Below the pieces are notes generated by a model. It searched no databases. It had not been told where the DNA came from and was given only the letters and a program-made list of their open reading frames with translations. 64,000 nt of DNA from Verrucomicrobiota bacterium. GTDB taxonomy: Bacteria; Verrucomicrobiota; Verrucomicrobiia; Limisphaerales; AAA164-E04. Shown here one piece after another: positions 47,350-57,859 of the stretch; position 1 is the stretch's first letter; each line of letters starts with the position of its first letter. The stretch is taken from NCBI GenBank assembly GCA_047947115.1, contig CP170459.1, positions 1,408,001-1,472,000 on the forward strand, given 5' to 3'. The translations under genes and the position numbers were made by a program.

Positions 47350-49289
47350 CAGGCACTCAAGTAAGTGTAGTCCGATAAACCGCGGTCAAAATCACGTAAT
47401 AACCTCATGCCTTCGCTGGGTTTCATCTGGTCCGCCTTGATGGCTTTGTCGACCTGTTTTTTCATGCGTCTCTTCATCTCGTGCTGGTCGTATTGAACCG
47501 AAGCAAGAGCCATCCCGACGGTGCTGCCTTCGATGACCTCTTCGACGTAGTAACCGCAGGGTTCGTCAGGATCCAGAAACACATGCACTTCATTGACCCG
47601 TCCGAACAGGTTGTGGAGATCTCCCATGATGTCCTGATAGGCTCCCATCAGGAAGAAACCCAGATAATAGTCTTTGGTAGTCTGTCCGTCCGGGCCGGTT
47701 TTGATGTTGTGCAGGGGCAGGGTGTTGCTGGTGTCTTCGAAATCGATAAATCGATCGATCTTGCCATCCGAATCACAGGTGATGTCCACGAGTGTTCCTT
47801 CCCGGGACGGCGCTTCGGTCAGGCGGTTGATCGGCATGATCGGGAACAATTGATCCAGAGCCCAATGGTCCAGCAGAGATTGGAACACGCTGAAATTGCA
47901 GAGGTATTGGTCGGCCAGGTGATCTTTCAGATTTCGGATTTCCTCTGGAATGTGTGCTTTGCCGCGGTAACTTTCCAGCACGCCACGCCCAATTTCCCAG
48001 AAGAGGGTTTCGATCTTTGCCTTGTCTTCCAGTTCCAGTAGTCCCAACGAAAACATGTTATGGGCATCATCCTTGCGTTCCACGGCGTCGTGGTAGGCTT
48101 CCAGTTTGTTGAGCTGGTCGAGATTGGCCCGGATATCCAGCAGTTCTTTGACCAACGGATGTTCCGCTTTGCCATAGCTGAGGTGATCGGCCGGAGTGCC
48201 TTTCCGTATGGTGCCCATGACTTCGACAATCAGCACGCTGTGATGGGCCACGATGGCGCGACCACTTTCGCTGGTGATTTCCGGGTGTGGCACTTCTTCC
48301 GCATCGCAGACGTTGCCCAGATAATAGACAATATCGTTGGCGTATTCCTGCAGGGTATAGTTGGTGGAACTCTCGAAAACGGTCCGACTTCCGTCGTAGT
48401 CCACCCCCAGGCCGCCGCCCACATCAACCGTTTCGATGTGAAATCCCATTTTATACAGCTTGGCATAAAGACGGCCGGCTTCCTGGGTTGCTTTCTTGAA
48501 AGTCAGAATATCCGGCACCTGAGAGCCGATGTGAAAGTGCAGCAATTTGAAACAATGCTCCAGCTTCTCCTTTTTGAGCAGGTCGGTAGCGGCGATCAGT
48601 TCGGCCGTGCTTAATCCGAATTTTGCGTTTTCCCCCGCGCTTTGCGCCCATTTGCCGGCGCCTTTGCTCAGGAGCCTGGCTCGAATGCCAATCATGGGTT
48701 CCACTCCGACCTTCTTTGAAATCGTGATGATGTGGTGGAGCTCTTCCATTTTTTCTACAACTAGGATCACCCGGCGGTTGAGCTTGATGCCCATGAGAGC
48801 CATGTGGATGAAACTGCTGTCCTTGTAACCATTACAGATCATCAGGCTGTCGCTTGAATCCTGCAGGGACATGGCTGCGAACAGTTCGGGTTTGCTTCCG
48901 ACTTCGAGCCCCATCCGAAACTTTTTACCCGCATCAAGGATTTCCTCCACCACCTCGCGGAGTTGGTTGACCTTGATGGGAAACACACCCCGGTAGGCGT
49001 TTTTGTAGTCACATTCCTTGATGGCTTTCTGGAATGCGTGGTTGATGGACTCCACCCGATGCCTGAGGATATCCTGAAACCGGATGAGAATCGGAAATTT
49101 CAACCCTCTGGACTTGGCTTCCTCCACAATGTCCATTACATCGACCGATGCCCCCGCTTCCTGCAAAGGATGTGCGACTGCGTGACCGTCCGGATTGATT
49201 CCAAAGTAACCGGCTCCCCATCTGCTGATATGGTAGAGCTCGCTGGCTTGGTCAATGGACCAGGATTCAAAAACTTCCTTATTCTTCAT
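47349..49289 (-). CDS. speA: Biosynthetic arginine decarboxylase
   Basis: FPIKVNQ, EVGSKPEL, HFHIGSQ, GGGLGVDYDG, ESGRA, DITCDSDG. Confidence 0.96.
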   Translation of the reverse strand: MKNKEVFESWSIDQASELYHISRWGAGYFGINPDGHAVAHPLQEAGASVDVMDIVEEAKSRGLKFPILIRFQDILRHRVESINHAFQKAIKECDYKNAYRGVFPIKVNQLREVVEEILDAGKKFRMGLEVGSKPELFAAMSLQDSSDSLMICNGYKDSSFIHMALMGIKLNRRVILVVEKMEELHHIITISKKVGVEPMIGIRARLLSKGAGKWAQSAGENAKFGLSTAELIAATDLLKKEKLEHCFKLLHFHIGSQVPDILTFKKATQEAGRLYAKLYKMGFHIETVDVGGGLGVDYDGSRTVFESSTNYTLQEYANDIVYYLGNVCDAEEVPHPEITSESGRAIVAHHSVLIVEVMGTIRKGTPADHLSYGKAEHPLVKELLDIRANLDQLNKLEAYHDAVERKDDAHNMFSLGLLELEDKAKIETLFWEIGRGVLESYRGKAHIPEEIRNLKDHLADQYLCNFSVFQSLLDHWALDQLFPIMPINRLTEAPSREGTLVDITCDSDGKIDRFIDFEDTSNTLPLHNIKTGPDGQTTKDYYLGFFLMGAYQDIMGDLHNLFGRVNEVHVFLDPDEPCGYYVEEVIEGSTVGMALASVQYDQHEMKRRMKKQVDKAIKADQMKPSEGMRLLRDFDRGLSDYTYLSA

Positions 49290-49410
49290 TACGCCTTTAA
49301 AAGGATGCGACGCACTATATCGGCGGGACGAGGGAATTCAATAACCAGAGTGTTTTTTTTAAACATATCTCTCCTTGATTCGGGGGCTTGGTTTGGATTG
49401 CATGGGAAGG

Positions 49411-50172
49411 ATGCAAGCCGCCGAACTGAAAAAAATCGTCAAAGACTGTAATCGGGAACTCAGAATCGCCGAGGTGGAAGACTGGCCCGGCGCCGTCAAC
49501 GGCCTGCAGGTGGAGAACAATGGCCGTGTGACACGTATTGCCGCCGCTGTGGACGGGACATTGGCCACTGCCAAACTGGCGATTGAGCAGGGGGCCGACC
49601 TGATGATGGTTCACCACGGCTTGTTCTGGAACAAAACCCACCCCTGGACCGGACAGCGCTACAAGTTTATTAAATTGTTGCTGGATCATAATGTGGCGGT
49701 TTACAGCTCTCATCTGCCTCTTGATATCCACCCAGACTTGGGAAACAACGCCTTGCTTTGTCGCTCATTGGGACTGAACCGAACCAAGCCGTTTTTCACT
49801 GATAAGGGAAGGCAGTTGGGGTTGAGGGCTGCGAGGAAAATGGACCGTAACAAGTTGGTGGAGAAACTTGGGGAAGTGCTGGGAGTGTCTCCCATCTTAC
49901 TTCCTGGCGGACCGGAAACGTGTCGGCAAATCGGTGTGGTAACCGGTGGTGCGGGCGCCGAGTTGACCATCGCGGCCAAGGAGGGTGTGGATACGTTTAT
50001 CACGGGCGAAGGACCTCATTGGACCTTTGCCCTGGCGGAGGAAATGGGGATTAATGTGATTTATGGAGGGCATTACGCCACCGAAACATTCGGCGTCAAG
50101 GCTCTGGCCGAATTCATCTCGCTTAAACACCACATCCCCTGGAGTTTTGTGGACCATCCGACCGGGCTTTGA
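49411..50172 (+). CDS. Nif3-like dinuclear metal center protein
   Basis: NGLQVE, VHHGLFW, HLPLDIH, GHYATETFG. Confidence 0.92.
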   Translation: MQAAELKKIVKDCNRELRIAEVEDWPGAVNGLQVENNGRVTRIAAAVDGTLATAKLAIEQGADLMMVHHGLFWNKTHPWTGQRYKFIKLLLDHNVAVYSSHLPLDIHPDLGNNALLCRSLGLNRTKPFFTDKGRQLGLRAARKMDRNKLVEKLGEVLGVSPILLPGGPETCRQIGVVTGGAGAELTIAAKEGVDTFITGEGPHWTFALAEEMGINVIYGGHYATETFGVKALAEFISLKHHIPWSFVDHPTGL

Positions 50173-50218
50173 TGCTTGTCGGGTCATGACTCAGGCAAAC
50201 GGTGTCGGCCGGTGTTTC

Positions 50219-50872
50219 TCAACCGAATCGATCGCAATCCTTGTTGGGTGTCAATGACGCGATGGCCTCCATGATCTGGTCGGCGGCTTCCTGATAGATT
50301 TCTTTGACCCTGTCTTTGGTTGCATGTTTGGCCTCTGCCCGCAGGGATTCAAGATAGATGGGATGTCCGAATTTGACGATGATCCGTCCCGGTTTAGGCC
50401 ATTTCAGATGTCTTCCATAGGTTTCGTAGGTTCCAAAAACCCGGATGGGCACAATGGGGGCATCGGATTTGATGGCCAAAAGTCCGACCCCGGATTTGGC
50501 TGGTTGCAAGGTGCCGTCAGGCGTTCGGGTTCCTTCCGGAAAGAGGATCACCGGGTTGCCGCTGCGTAATTTGCTGGCGATGATCTTGAGTCCTTTTGGG
50601 TTGCGTCCCCCACGATCAACCGGGATCACGTTGATATACCGAAGGATATCTCCGAACACGGGAAATCGGAACAGTGTATCACGGGCCAGGTAGCTGATTT
50701 CGCGGTTAGCGCTGCATCCGATAAAGGGTGGGTCGAAATAACTGGCATGGTTGGAAGCCAACAACGCCGGTCCTTCCGACGGAACGCGTTCAGGATGGTA
50801 AACCCGGCACAAAAAGAATACGCGGAAGATCAGGCGGAAAGCGCACCAAAACAGAAAATATCCAAATCGCAT
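50219..50872 (-). CDS. plsC: 1-acyl-sn-glycerol-3-phosphate acyltransferase
   Basis: NHASYFD (NHxxxxD), FPEGTRT. Confidence 0.88.
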   Translation of the reverse strand: MRFGYFLFWCAFRLIFRVFFLCRVYHPERVPSEGPALLASNHASYFDPPFIGCSANREISYLARDTLFRFPVFGDILRYINVIPVDRGGRNPKGLKIIASKLRSGNPVILFPEGTRTPDGTLQPAKSGVGLLAIKSDAPIVPIRVFGTYETYGRHLKWPKPGRIIVKFGHPIYLESLRAEAKHATKDRVKEIYQEAADQIMEAIASLTPNKDCDRFG

Positions 50873-50927
50873 GATCGATTCCTTGTTGGTGTTTTGCTCG
50901 TTTCGGCGCATTTCCGTGTCCGGTTTG

Positions 50928-51599
50928 TCAGGAAGCAGTCGGTTCGTTCCGGTTGGAAAACTGTTCCTGAAAGGTGTCGATGATGTGTTGACTGGATTCC
51001 TGGGGAGTCTGTCCGGATGTATTCACGACACAGGCCCCAAGTGGCACCATAAGTGGCGCCGTGGATCGCTGACTGTCCCGTTGATCGCGCTTTGCAAGAT
51101 CCTCCTGGACACCTTCCGCCTCCCTGCGCTTTGAGCGTTCGGCAAGGTTGGCGTCCAGATAAAATTTGTATTCGGTCTCGGGAAACACATTGCTTCCGAT
51201 ATCCCGACCTTCCATGACCAGGTTGCCGAACTGAATGCAATCACGCTGTTTCTGCTTCATCCAGTCCCGCACCTTGGGGACGGCAGCCACGTGTGGGACG
51301 GCGGCGCTGGTTTCGGCTGTTCGGATTTCCTTTTCCGGGTAGTAGCCATCGACCATCAGGCGGACATGTCCGTCCAGGCACATCAATTTGGTTTTCCATT
51401 TTTTACAGAGCTGACCTACCGCTTTGGGATCATGGATGTCGATGCGAGATTTCAGGCAGTACCAGGCGAGTGTTCGATACATGGCGCCGGTGTCGACATA
51501 GGCATAGCCCAGTTTGCTGGCGACCAGTTTGGCATTGGTGCTTTTGCCGCTGGCGCTCGTGCCATCGATGGCGATCACGATGGGTTGGTCATTCTTCAT
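50928..51599 (-). CDS. cmk: Cytidylate kinase
   Basis: IAIDGTSASGKST, DTGAMYR, EGRDIG, RDQRDS; ATGA overlap with aroA. Confidence 0.93.
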   Translation of the reverse strand: MKNDQPIVIAIDGTSASGKSTNAKLVASKLGYAYVDTGAMYRTLAWYCLKSRIDIHDPKAVGQLCKKWKTKLMCLDGHVRLMVDGYYPEKEIRTAETSAAVPHVAAVPKVRDWMKQKQRDCIQFGNLVMEGRDIGSNVFPETEYKFYLDANLAERSKRREAEGVQEDLAKRDQRDSQRSTAPLMVPLGACVVNTSGQTPQESSQHIIDTFQEQFSNRNEPTAS

Positions 51600-52891
51600 G
51601 GATTCGGTATCAGGCAATCAGGATTTAGCAAGTTCCCGGTGGCGGCGTCATGTATTTTCATGCCCAGGCCGTCCGGGGCAGGAGAAGCTAACTTTTGAAA
51701 GAAATTTGGCAAAGTCTTTTTCACACAGCTCGGGTTATTAATGATGATATCCGGCACAAAGGAACCCACGACTGCAAAACACATGGCCATGCGATGGTCG
51801 TTATAGGTATCGATTTGCGCTCCATGCAGGGGGCCGGGGTAAATGGTCAGGGTTTCGCCCGATTCCTCCACCCGGGCGCCGCACTTGGTCAGCTCGGTGC
51901 GCAATGCGGCAACGCGCTCGCATTCCTGAACCCGCAGGCGCGCCAGGTCCGTGAATCGAACGGGTTGCGAAGACCATGGGGCCATGACAATGGAGGTCAT
52001 GATGCTGTCTCCCAAATCGGTTTTACGTGAAACGGTTTCCGGTAGCGGCCAGTAATCCGGGAAACGAGTGTCGATCTGCCAGTCGGTTTTTGGCCAGTTG
52101 GGAATGCTGATGTGCTCTGCCGGATTGGCATCCAGGGCGCTCATCAGGTAGCGGATCGCCCAAAAGTAACTTCCGCCGGAAGCATCGGGTTCGATCTGGT
52201 AATCATGGTTTCCTGACTTGGGGAATCGGTCCACCATCGCCTGGGTCATGGCCACATAGGGTGCGTTCTCGGTATCCTCGGCCGGAATGTTGATCCGCCA
52301 TTTACCGGTCGCGGCGCAGAGCAGCAAGGCCGAGGCGAATTGTGAGCTTCCCTGGGTCGACACCTTGCAGGTGGCTCCTTCCTTCGGTCCCTGCCCGTGC
52401 ACAATTGCCGGCAGTCTGCCATTTGTGGTTTCCACCACATATCCGAGTTGTCGGAGGGAGGTGACAAGTTCTTCCTGTGGTCGCTCATGCATGCGTTCGA
52501 CACCTGAGAGTCGATATAACCCGTTGCCCAGGCAGACCAGAGCCAGCAGAAAACGGGCAGCGGTCCCTGCGTTACCCACAAACAGTTCAAGTGGTTCGCT
52601 CTCCGTGCCGGCATTCGGGATGGAGCCCCCGCTTCCTTGAACCTTGATGGAACGGTTTGCGGGATCGCTTCGGTCGGGTCTGACTTCGATTTGAAAGCCA
52701 AGCCGTTGCAGACAATCAACCATGACCTGTGTGTCCTCGCTCCAAAGGGCTCCCTTCAGCGTGGTGCAACCTTTTGACAGCGCCGCCAAAATTAATGCGC
52801 GATTGGTGATGCTTTTCGAACCGGGGACCCCCAGTGTTGTCTGGATGGGGGCTTGGAGGGGGTGCAATCGTATGGATTCGGGAAGTGCCAT
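51596..52891 (-). CDS. aroA: 3-phosphoshikimate 1-carboxyvinyltransferase
   Basis: PGSKSITNR, GNAGTAARF, SSQFASAL, RVQECER, DHRMAM. Confidence 0.94.
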   Translation of the reverse strand: MALPESIRLHPLQAPIQTTLGVPGSKSITNRALILAALSKGCTTLKGALWSEDTQVMVDCLQRLGFQIEVRPDRSDPANRSIKVQGSGGSIPNAGTESEPLELFVGNAGTAARFLLALVCLGNGLYRLSGVERMHERPQEELVTSLRQLGYVVETTNGRLPAIVHGQGPKEGATCKVSTQGSSQFASALLLCAATGKWRINIPAEDTENAPYVAMTQAMVDRFPKSGNHDYQIEPDASGGSYFWAIRYLMSALDANPAEHISIPNWPKTDWQIDTRFPDYWPLPETVSRKTDLGDSIMTSIVMAPWSSQPVRFTDLARLRVQECERVAALRTELTKCGARVEESGETLTIYPGPLHGAQIDTYNDHRMAMCFAVVGSFVPDIIINNPSCVKKTLPNFFQKLASPAPDGLGMKIHDAATGNLLNPDCLIPNP

Positions 52892-52933
52892 GTTTACGTG
52901 AAATGGATTTTTGGATCGCCTGCTTGAAGAGGT

Positions 52934-53830
52934 CTAAGCGCCATCCTCCTGACTGGGACGCTGCAGGTATTGCTTCAGCCAGTTGTCCCGCCGGCGCTTG
53001 CTTTCGCTCAACCAGGCGAGGATGGCGTCATGATCGTCGGATTGGATCCATTGGCGTAATTTTTGTGATTGATGCTCGTGAGCTTCCAGGGATTCCAGAA
53101 GTGCTTTCTTGTTGGTGGAAACGATGTCTCCCCACATTTCCGGGGAACCTGACGCCACGCGGGTGGTATCCCGGAATCCGCTGCTGCAGAGGGATGCTTG
53201 TTGCTCGCCATGATCGGGTGAAAGAGTCGAGTGGGCCAACAGCGCCGCCACGAGATGAGGGAGGTGGCTGCATTGGGCGACCACTTGATCGTGCTTATCC
53301 GGGTCCATGAGGACAGGAGTTCCCCCCACCAGTTCCCAAAGATTGCTTACCTTCTCGGTGACGTGAGGCGGAGTTTGTCGGGTGGGCGTCAGGACGCAGG
53401 CCGCTCCTTTGAACAGGTCGGGATCCGCATGGGCCATCCCCTGACGTTCGCTACCCGCCATGGGATGGGAACCGATAAAAAATCCGCCCGATTGGGCGAT
53501 GATCGGCTCCAGTTCCTGAACCAGATAACCTTTGGCACTTCCCACATCGGTAACAATGACGCCAGGTTTCAGATGGGGGATCATGGCCTCGACGATGGGA
53601 CGCATTTTCAGGATGGGGGTGCAAAGTATGATCAGGTCTGCGTCCCGGGTTATAACGTCCAAATCCATGGAAGCTTGATGGACGACCCCGGTCTCCAGCG
53701 CCTCCGCAACCGCTTCGGGACGACGCACAAATCCGGCAATCTTTTGAGCATGATTGCCGGCGATGATCGCCTTTCCAAGGGAACCTCCCAAAAGGCCTAA
53801 TCCCATCAAACTGATCTTGTTCCACTCCAT
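52934..53830 (-). CDS. tyrA: Prephenate/arogenate dehydrogenase
   Basis: GLGLLGGS, TDVGSAK, HPMAGSE, SHLPH, FRDTTRVA. Confidence 0.92.
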   Translation of the reverse strand: MEWNKISLMGLGLLGGSLGKAIIAGNHAQKIAGFVRRPEAVAEALETGVVHQASMDLDVITRDADLIILCTPILKMRPIVEAMIPHLKPGVIVTDVGSAKGYLVQELEPIIAQSGGFFIGSHPMAGSERQGMAHADPDLFKGAACVLTPTRQTPPHVTEKVSNLWELVGGTPVLMDPDKHDQVVAQCSHLPHLVAALLAHSTLSPDHGEQQASLCSSGFRDTTRVASGSPEMWGDIVSTNKKALLESLEAHEHQSQKLRQWIQSDDHDAILAWLSESKRRRDNWLKQYLQRPSQEDGA

Positions 53831-53928
53831 CTCATTGTGGTCGGGGAGGCTATGATGCTTTGGCTTCGATACCCTTTCCGACATCAAAGGTGCTGAGATT
53901 AATGCCAATTCGAAACGGAATCAATGCA

Positions 53929-54786
53929 TCAAAAATAGTTCCCGTTGCAAGTCAGTTCCGTCAGATGCCTGATGATGAGGTCGGGCAGCAGTGGGGATAA
54001 GCCAATCGGGGGTGTGGTCCAGATGTATCCGGCGGTTTTCAGAGTGGGATTGATCCATGTCGCTTCACCTCTGGACACCCTCTCCTTGACCTGTTGCTCT
54101 GGTTGCCCAAGGGCGATGGGGATATCCTGGATGGCGTGCGGACCGTCTGCCGCCATGAAGGGGACAACCACACAATGCCTGTTTTCCACTTGCCAATCGA
54201 GCACCTCTTTCACAAAGGGTGGCTCTTCGATGAAGAACGCTCTGCCTGCCCCGCAGCGTGGGTCGCCATCCAGAGCTTCCGCCAGTTCCTGCGTGGTCTC
54301 TTTTGACTTGCTGTGGCGTGGTGTGCCATGTCCTATCAGGGCAATATTGATATCAGACATTGGGACAGGTGTCTTGGGGGGGGATGATTTCAAGGTTGCT
54401 TCGACGGATTGTAAAATCAGATCGAACATGCCAGGCAAGGAGCCCAGAGGTTTCGTGTAAACAATGGTCTTTTTCCCGTCTTTCAGGATGTGAGGAAAGT
54501 TTGTTATGCTGTCCTCCGCGAGGTTCAAAAAGCCGGGGAATATTTTTCGCGCAAAAAAACCTTCGCTCATCAACATGGGCAATACACAGATCAACCGACC
54601 CTTTGCAGCATTCAATTGGTCGTTCATGAATGGGGCGTGCTTGTAAAACCCGGCCAAAACGTCTCCAAACATACCGCTTGCCTTCAGTTTTGACGCCAGG
54701 AACTGACCGGCTTGTGCGGGACGGGGGTCGTCGCTTGCTCCATGGAAGGCCAGCAGGAGCGTCGCCTCTGAAAGTGACTGGTTCAT
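53929..54786 (-). CDS. CbiX/SirB-family (sirohydrochlorin) chelatase
   Basis: Two CbiX-like halves: AFHGAS and IGHGT; GPHAIQDIP. Confidence 0.75.
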   Translation of the reverse strand: MNQSLSEATLLLAFHGASDDPRPAQAGQFLASKLKASGMFGDVLAGFYKHAPFMNDQLNAAKGRLICVLPMLMSEGFFARKIFPGFLNLAEDSITNFPHILKDGKKTIVYTKPLGSLPGMFDLILQSVEATLKSSPPKTPVPMSDINIALIGHGTPRHSKSKETTQELAEALDGDPRCGAGRAFFIEEPPFVKEVLDWQVENRHCVVVPFMAADGPHAIQDIPIALGQPEQQVKERVSRGEATWINPTLKTAGYIWTTPPIGLSPLLPDLIIRHLTELTCNGNYF

Positions 54787-55364
54787 GCCTCAATTGGTGT
54801 CAGGAACTCAAAAAATGAATCCCCGTGCTTCATGGTTTTACCTTGTTGCCACCATGGAGTGATGGTGATCGAATCTCTTTTGGTGTGTCCCAGCAGAAAC
54901 AAACCCGATGCGGAAAGCAGTTTGGGAAGATCCGGCAGGTCGAGGAGTCGTTGCGAGAGAGATTGGGAGCGGCGGTTCACGTTTTTTTCCCCGAACGGCG
55001 GATCGGCCATGATCAGGTCAAATGTTTCACCTTGTTCCACCAGTTGTTTCAATACGGGAAACACGTCCGAGACTTTCATGCGGTGTCGTTCTCCTGGTAT
55101 GTTGCATTCCCTGACATTGCCTTGAATCCATTTCGCATGTTTGGCGGATTTTTCGATACTCAGCACATAACTGGCCCCTCGGCTAAGGCTTTCCAGGCCG
55201 AGCGCTCCGCTGCCGCTGAACAAATCAAGAACGCGCGCATCCAGGATGCGGCCGCCCAAACTGTTGAAGATTGCCTGTTTAACCAGGTCTGGGGTGGGTC
55301 TTACGCCCAGCCCCTTGGGGACTTGTAGGATGCGTCCCGCTGCGATGCCTCCGATGATGCGCAT
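54783..55364 (-). CDS. rsmD: 16S rRNA m2G966 methyltransferase
   Basis: MRIIGG, RPT, LDLFSGSGALGLESLSRGA, DPPF. Confidence 0.9.
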   Translation of the reverse strand: MRIIGGIAAGRILQVPKGLGVRPTPDLVKQAIFNSLGGRILDARVLDLFSGSGALGLESLSRGASYVLSIEKSAKHAKWIQGNVRECNIPGERHRMKVSDVFPVLKQLVEQGETFDLIMADPPFGEKNVNRRSQSLSQRLLDLPDLPKLLSASGLFLLGHTKRDSITITPWWQQGKTMKHGDSFFEFLTPIEA

Positions 55365-55368
55365 TGGA

Positions 55369-55578
55369 TTATGTTTCGCGCTGGATGAGCATCCACATGT
55401 CCTCAAAAGGCATGTCCACCAGCAGCACATCTTCGCCCTGCATGTGCACGACGCATTTGCCGGACGCATTGTGATCCGGCGTGATATAAATCACGTGGCT
55501 GGTGTTCAGGATGATGTCGCGGGGATTCAGGTTTTCCCCCGACACCTGAGGTTTGCCTGTCACTCGTATTAATGCCAT
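55369..55578 (-). CDS. Small hypothetical protein (69 aa)
   Basis: MALIRVTGKP...LIQRET fills the gap and ends 4 nt before the rsmD start. It is the tail of track ORF 55369..56163. Confidence 0.65.
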   Translation of the reverse strand: MALIRVTGKPQVSGENLNPRDIILNTSHVIYITPDHNASGKCVVHMQGEDVLLVDMPFEDMWMLIQRET

Positions 55579-55668
55579 AACCGCGCCAGCATGACCTGAA
55601 TGACAGCGGGGCTCAATCTTTTTAGAAAACAGGATTGTCCAGAAAAGCCGAGATGAGATGATGGGGCC

Positions 55669-56430
55669 ATGGCAGATGTGACAAGGAAGTGCCTGAGCGA
55701 ACTGGAGCAGGAAATTTACAGTTGGCAGTATGATGTGGACGGTTTTGGCCTGGAAGGTCAGGAGAAACTCAAGCAATCCACCGTCCTGATCAGCCGGTGC
55801 GGCGGTTTGGGGGGGGTGGTGGCTTACGAGTTGGCGGCTGCCGGCATCGGCAAATTGATCCTGGCTCACGGAGGCAACATCAAACCCAGTGATCTGAATC
55901 GTCAATTGTTGATGACGCGAGAGGGTATCGGGCATTCGCGTATGGATTCCATCGTGCGTCGACTTAAGGAATTGAATCCGGACCTGGAGATCCGGGCCGT
56001 ATATGAAAACATCTCCGAACAAAATGTCGAAGACCTTGTGGAAGCCTCCGATCTGGTGGTGGATGCGGCCCCCTTGTTCGAGGAGCGTTATGCTTTGAAT
56101 GCCGCTTCGGTGCGGTTCGGCAAGCCCATGGTTGAATGTGCTGTTTATTCCCTTGAGGCTCACCTGACGGTTTTTCAGCCCGGTAACACTCCTTGTTTGA
56201 AGTGTTTGTATCCGCAGCAGTCGACTACCTGGACGCGTCGGTTTCCTGTGTTTGGCGCGGTTTCGGGGAGTTTGGGGTCCATGGCTGCGATGGAAAGCAT
56301 CAAAGTGCTGTCAGGCATCGGTCAACCATTGTTCAATGAATTGTTATCGTACGACCTTCAAAATGTCACTTTTCGTCGTTATAAAATCCGCCGTGACCCT
56401 GAATGTCCGGTGTGTGGCTCGGGGAAATAA
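55669..56430 (+). CDS. HesA/MoeB/ThiF-family adenylyltransferase
   Basis: SRCGGLG, SDLNRQLL, CLKC and CPVC zinc sites. Confidence 0.88.
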   Translation: MADVTRKCLSELEQEIYSWQYDVDGFGLEGQEKLKQSTVLISRCGGLGGVVAYELAAAGIGKLILAHGGNIKPSDLNRQLLMTREGIGHSRMDSIVRRLKELNPDLEIRAVYENISEQNVEDLVEASDLVVDAAPLFEERYALNAASVRFGKPMVECAVYSLEAHLTVFQPGNTPCLKCLYPQQSTTWTRRFPVFGAVSGSLGSMAAMESIKVLSGIGQPLFNELLSYDLQNVTFRRYKIRRDPECPVCGSGK

Positions 56431-56491
56431 GTCGATGATGCCAGCCATAGACAGATTGATCCTTTCACACAGATGTGCTACTGGTCTCTCC

Positions 56492-57850
56492 ATGACAACC
56501 TTTCTAGCTCGGTGGGACCGTCTGGGTAAATGGGTCGCCTGCCTACTTGGTCTGTGGGCCGGGCTGGGTTCCGTGTCGCTGTTGGCGTGCAAATATTCGG
56601 TGCGTGACGTGGCCTTTGTGGATTTGTCCCGTGAGACCTTTGATTTCCTTACTTTGGTTCCGTCCAGTCAAATGGATGCGGTGAAGGCCCGCCTGCGACC
56701 GGTTGCGAATGCGGTTTTGCTGGACTCCAATGTTCGACTGTCTTGGTTGGCAGCCGAAAACGCTTCCAGTCACCCGGCTTTTTCAACAGCGGAGCATCCA
56801 TTGGAATCACCGGCATTTTGTCTCTACCGGGAAGGATACGCTCCTTTGTTCCTGAACCTTCCGAAACCGCTTTCGACGATGGAAGACGCCGAATGGTGGG
56901 CCTGGCTGGAGAACTTGGTCCAAAGCCCGACCCGACGTGTGATGGAGGAACAGTTGCTTGAGGCCTATGCAGTGGTGCTGGTGGTGGAGGGATCGGACGC
57001 CCGCGAGAACCAGCGTGTCCGGCTGGCCGCTGATTCGGCGGCCGCATCCATTGCCAAGCTCATCCCTGGCATGCCCAAACCTGTCGATGTGCCGCCACAG
57101 GTGGTTGTGGTTGGCTCCGATCGAATCCGCCAGGAATCGCCTTTGTTGTGGAGTTTGGGTTTGAATTGGAAATCTCCAGATGTTCCTCAGGCGGCGGTGG
57201 TGCTTGGCAGAGGGCGGCGGTTGGGACCTGTTCTAAAGGCGGATGAAGTGACCTCAACCCGGTTGCAGGAAATTCTCGCTGTGGCCGGTCAGGATTGCGA
57301 ATGCGATCTGGATCGATCCTGGATGCAGGGTCCCATGATACCTGTTCGCTGGGGGCCGGACCGTGAGCAGGCGGCTTACAAGGCCTTGGGGTTTGATCCG
57401 GAAAATCCTTTGGTCAAAGCCGAGATCAGTCGCATTCTGGCGAGGGGAAAAAACCCAGTGACCGGAGAGGAGAACGACACGATTGGGACGGAGCTGGACA
57501 TGTTGTTGCTCGGTTACAGTGAAGAAGTACTCGAATTGGGGACCGAAGAGATCCCTGACATTTCACATCACGATGCACATATTCACGCCGAAACACCCGG
57601 TGCCCCCAAGGAAATGCCTGGCGTCCGGGCGATCGAAAGATCCGCATCCACTCCTGAAGGTGAAGAAAGTGTTGAAGCTATTCGTTCCGACTCGGAAACC
57701 GTAGCGACCTCTGCGACTGCTTCGACACCGGTTCAGGCGCAGACGCATCCAGGCATTCTGCGACGATCACTTGTTATGTTGGCCGGATTTTGTGTTTTCG
57801 CTTTGCTTGGCGGGATCGGTGTTTTGATGTTTGGACGCAGACGTGGTTAA
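56492..57850 (+). CDS. Hypothetical exported protein with Cys motifs and a C-terminal membrane anchor
   Basis: Signal peptide then ACKYSVRD; DCECD; acidic linker; TM helix followed by RRRG. Start uncertain. Confidence 0.75.
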   Translation: MTTFLARWDRLGKWVACLLGLWAGLGSVSLLACKYSVRDVAFVDLSRETFDFLTLVPSSQMDAVKARLRPVANAVLLDSNVRLSWLAAENASSHPAFSTAEHPLESPAFCLYREGYAPLFLNLPKPLSTMEDAEWWAWLENLVQSPTRRVMEEQLLEAYAVVLVVEGSDARENQRVRLAADSAAASIAKLIPGMPKPVDVPPQVVVVGSDRIRQESPLLWSLGLNWKSPDVPQAAVVLGRGRRLGPVLKADEVTSTRLQEILAVAGQDCECDLDRSWMQGPMIPVRWGPDREQAAYKALGFDPENPLVKAEISRILARGKNPVTGEENDTIGTELDMLLLGYSEEVLELGTEEIPDISHHDAHIHAETPGAPKEMPGVRAIERSASTPEGEESVEAIRSDSETVATSATASTPVQAQTHPGILRRSLVMLAGFCVFALLGGIGVLMFGRRRG

Positions 57851-57859
57851 GGAGAGAAC

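Noticed and set aside
55669..56490. Microcin C-like RiPP cluster around the ThiF enzyme
   Set aside because: No precursor peptide found, and the enzyme lacks an MccB-like N-terminal peptide-binding extension.
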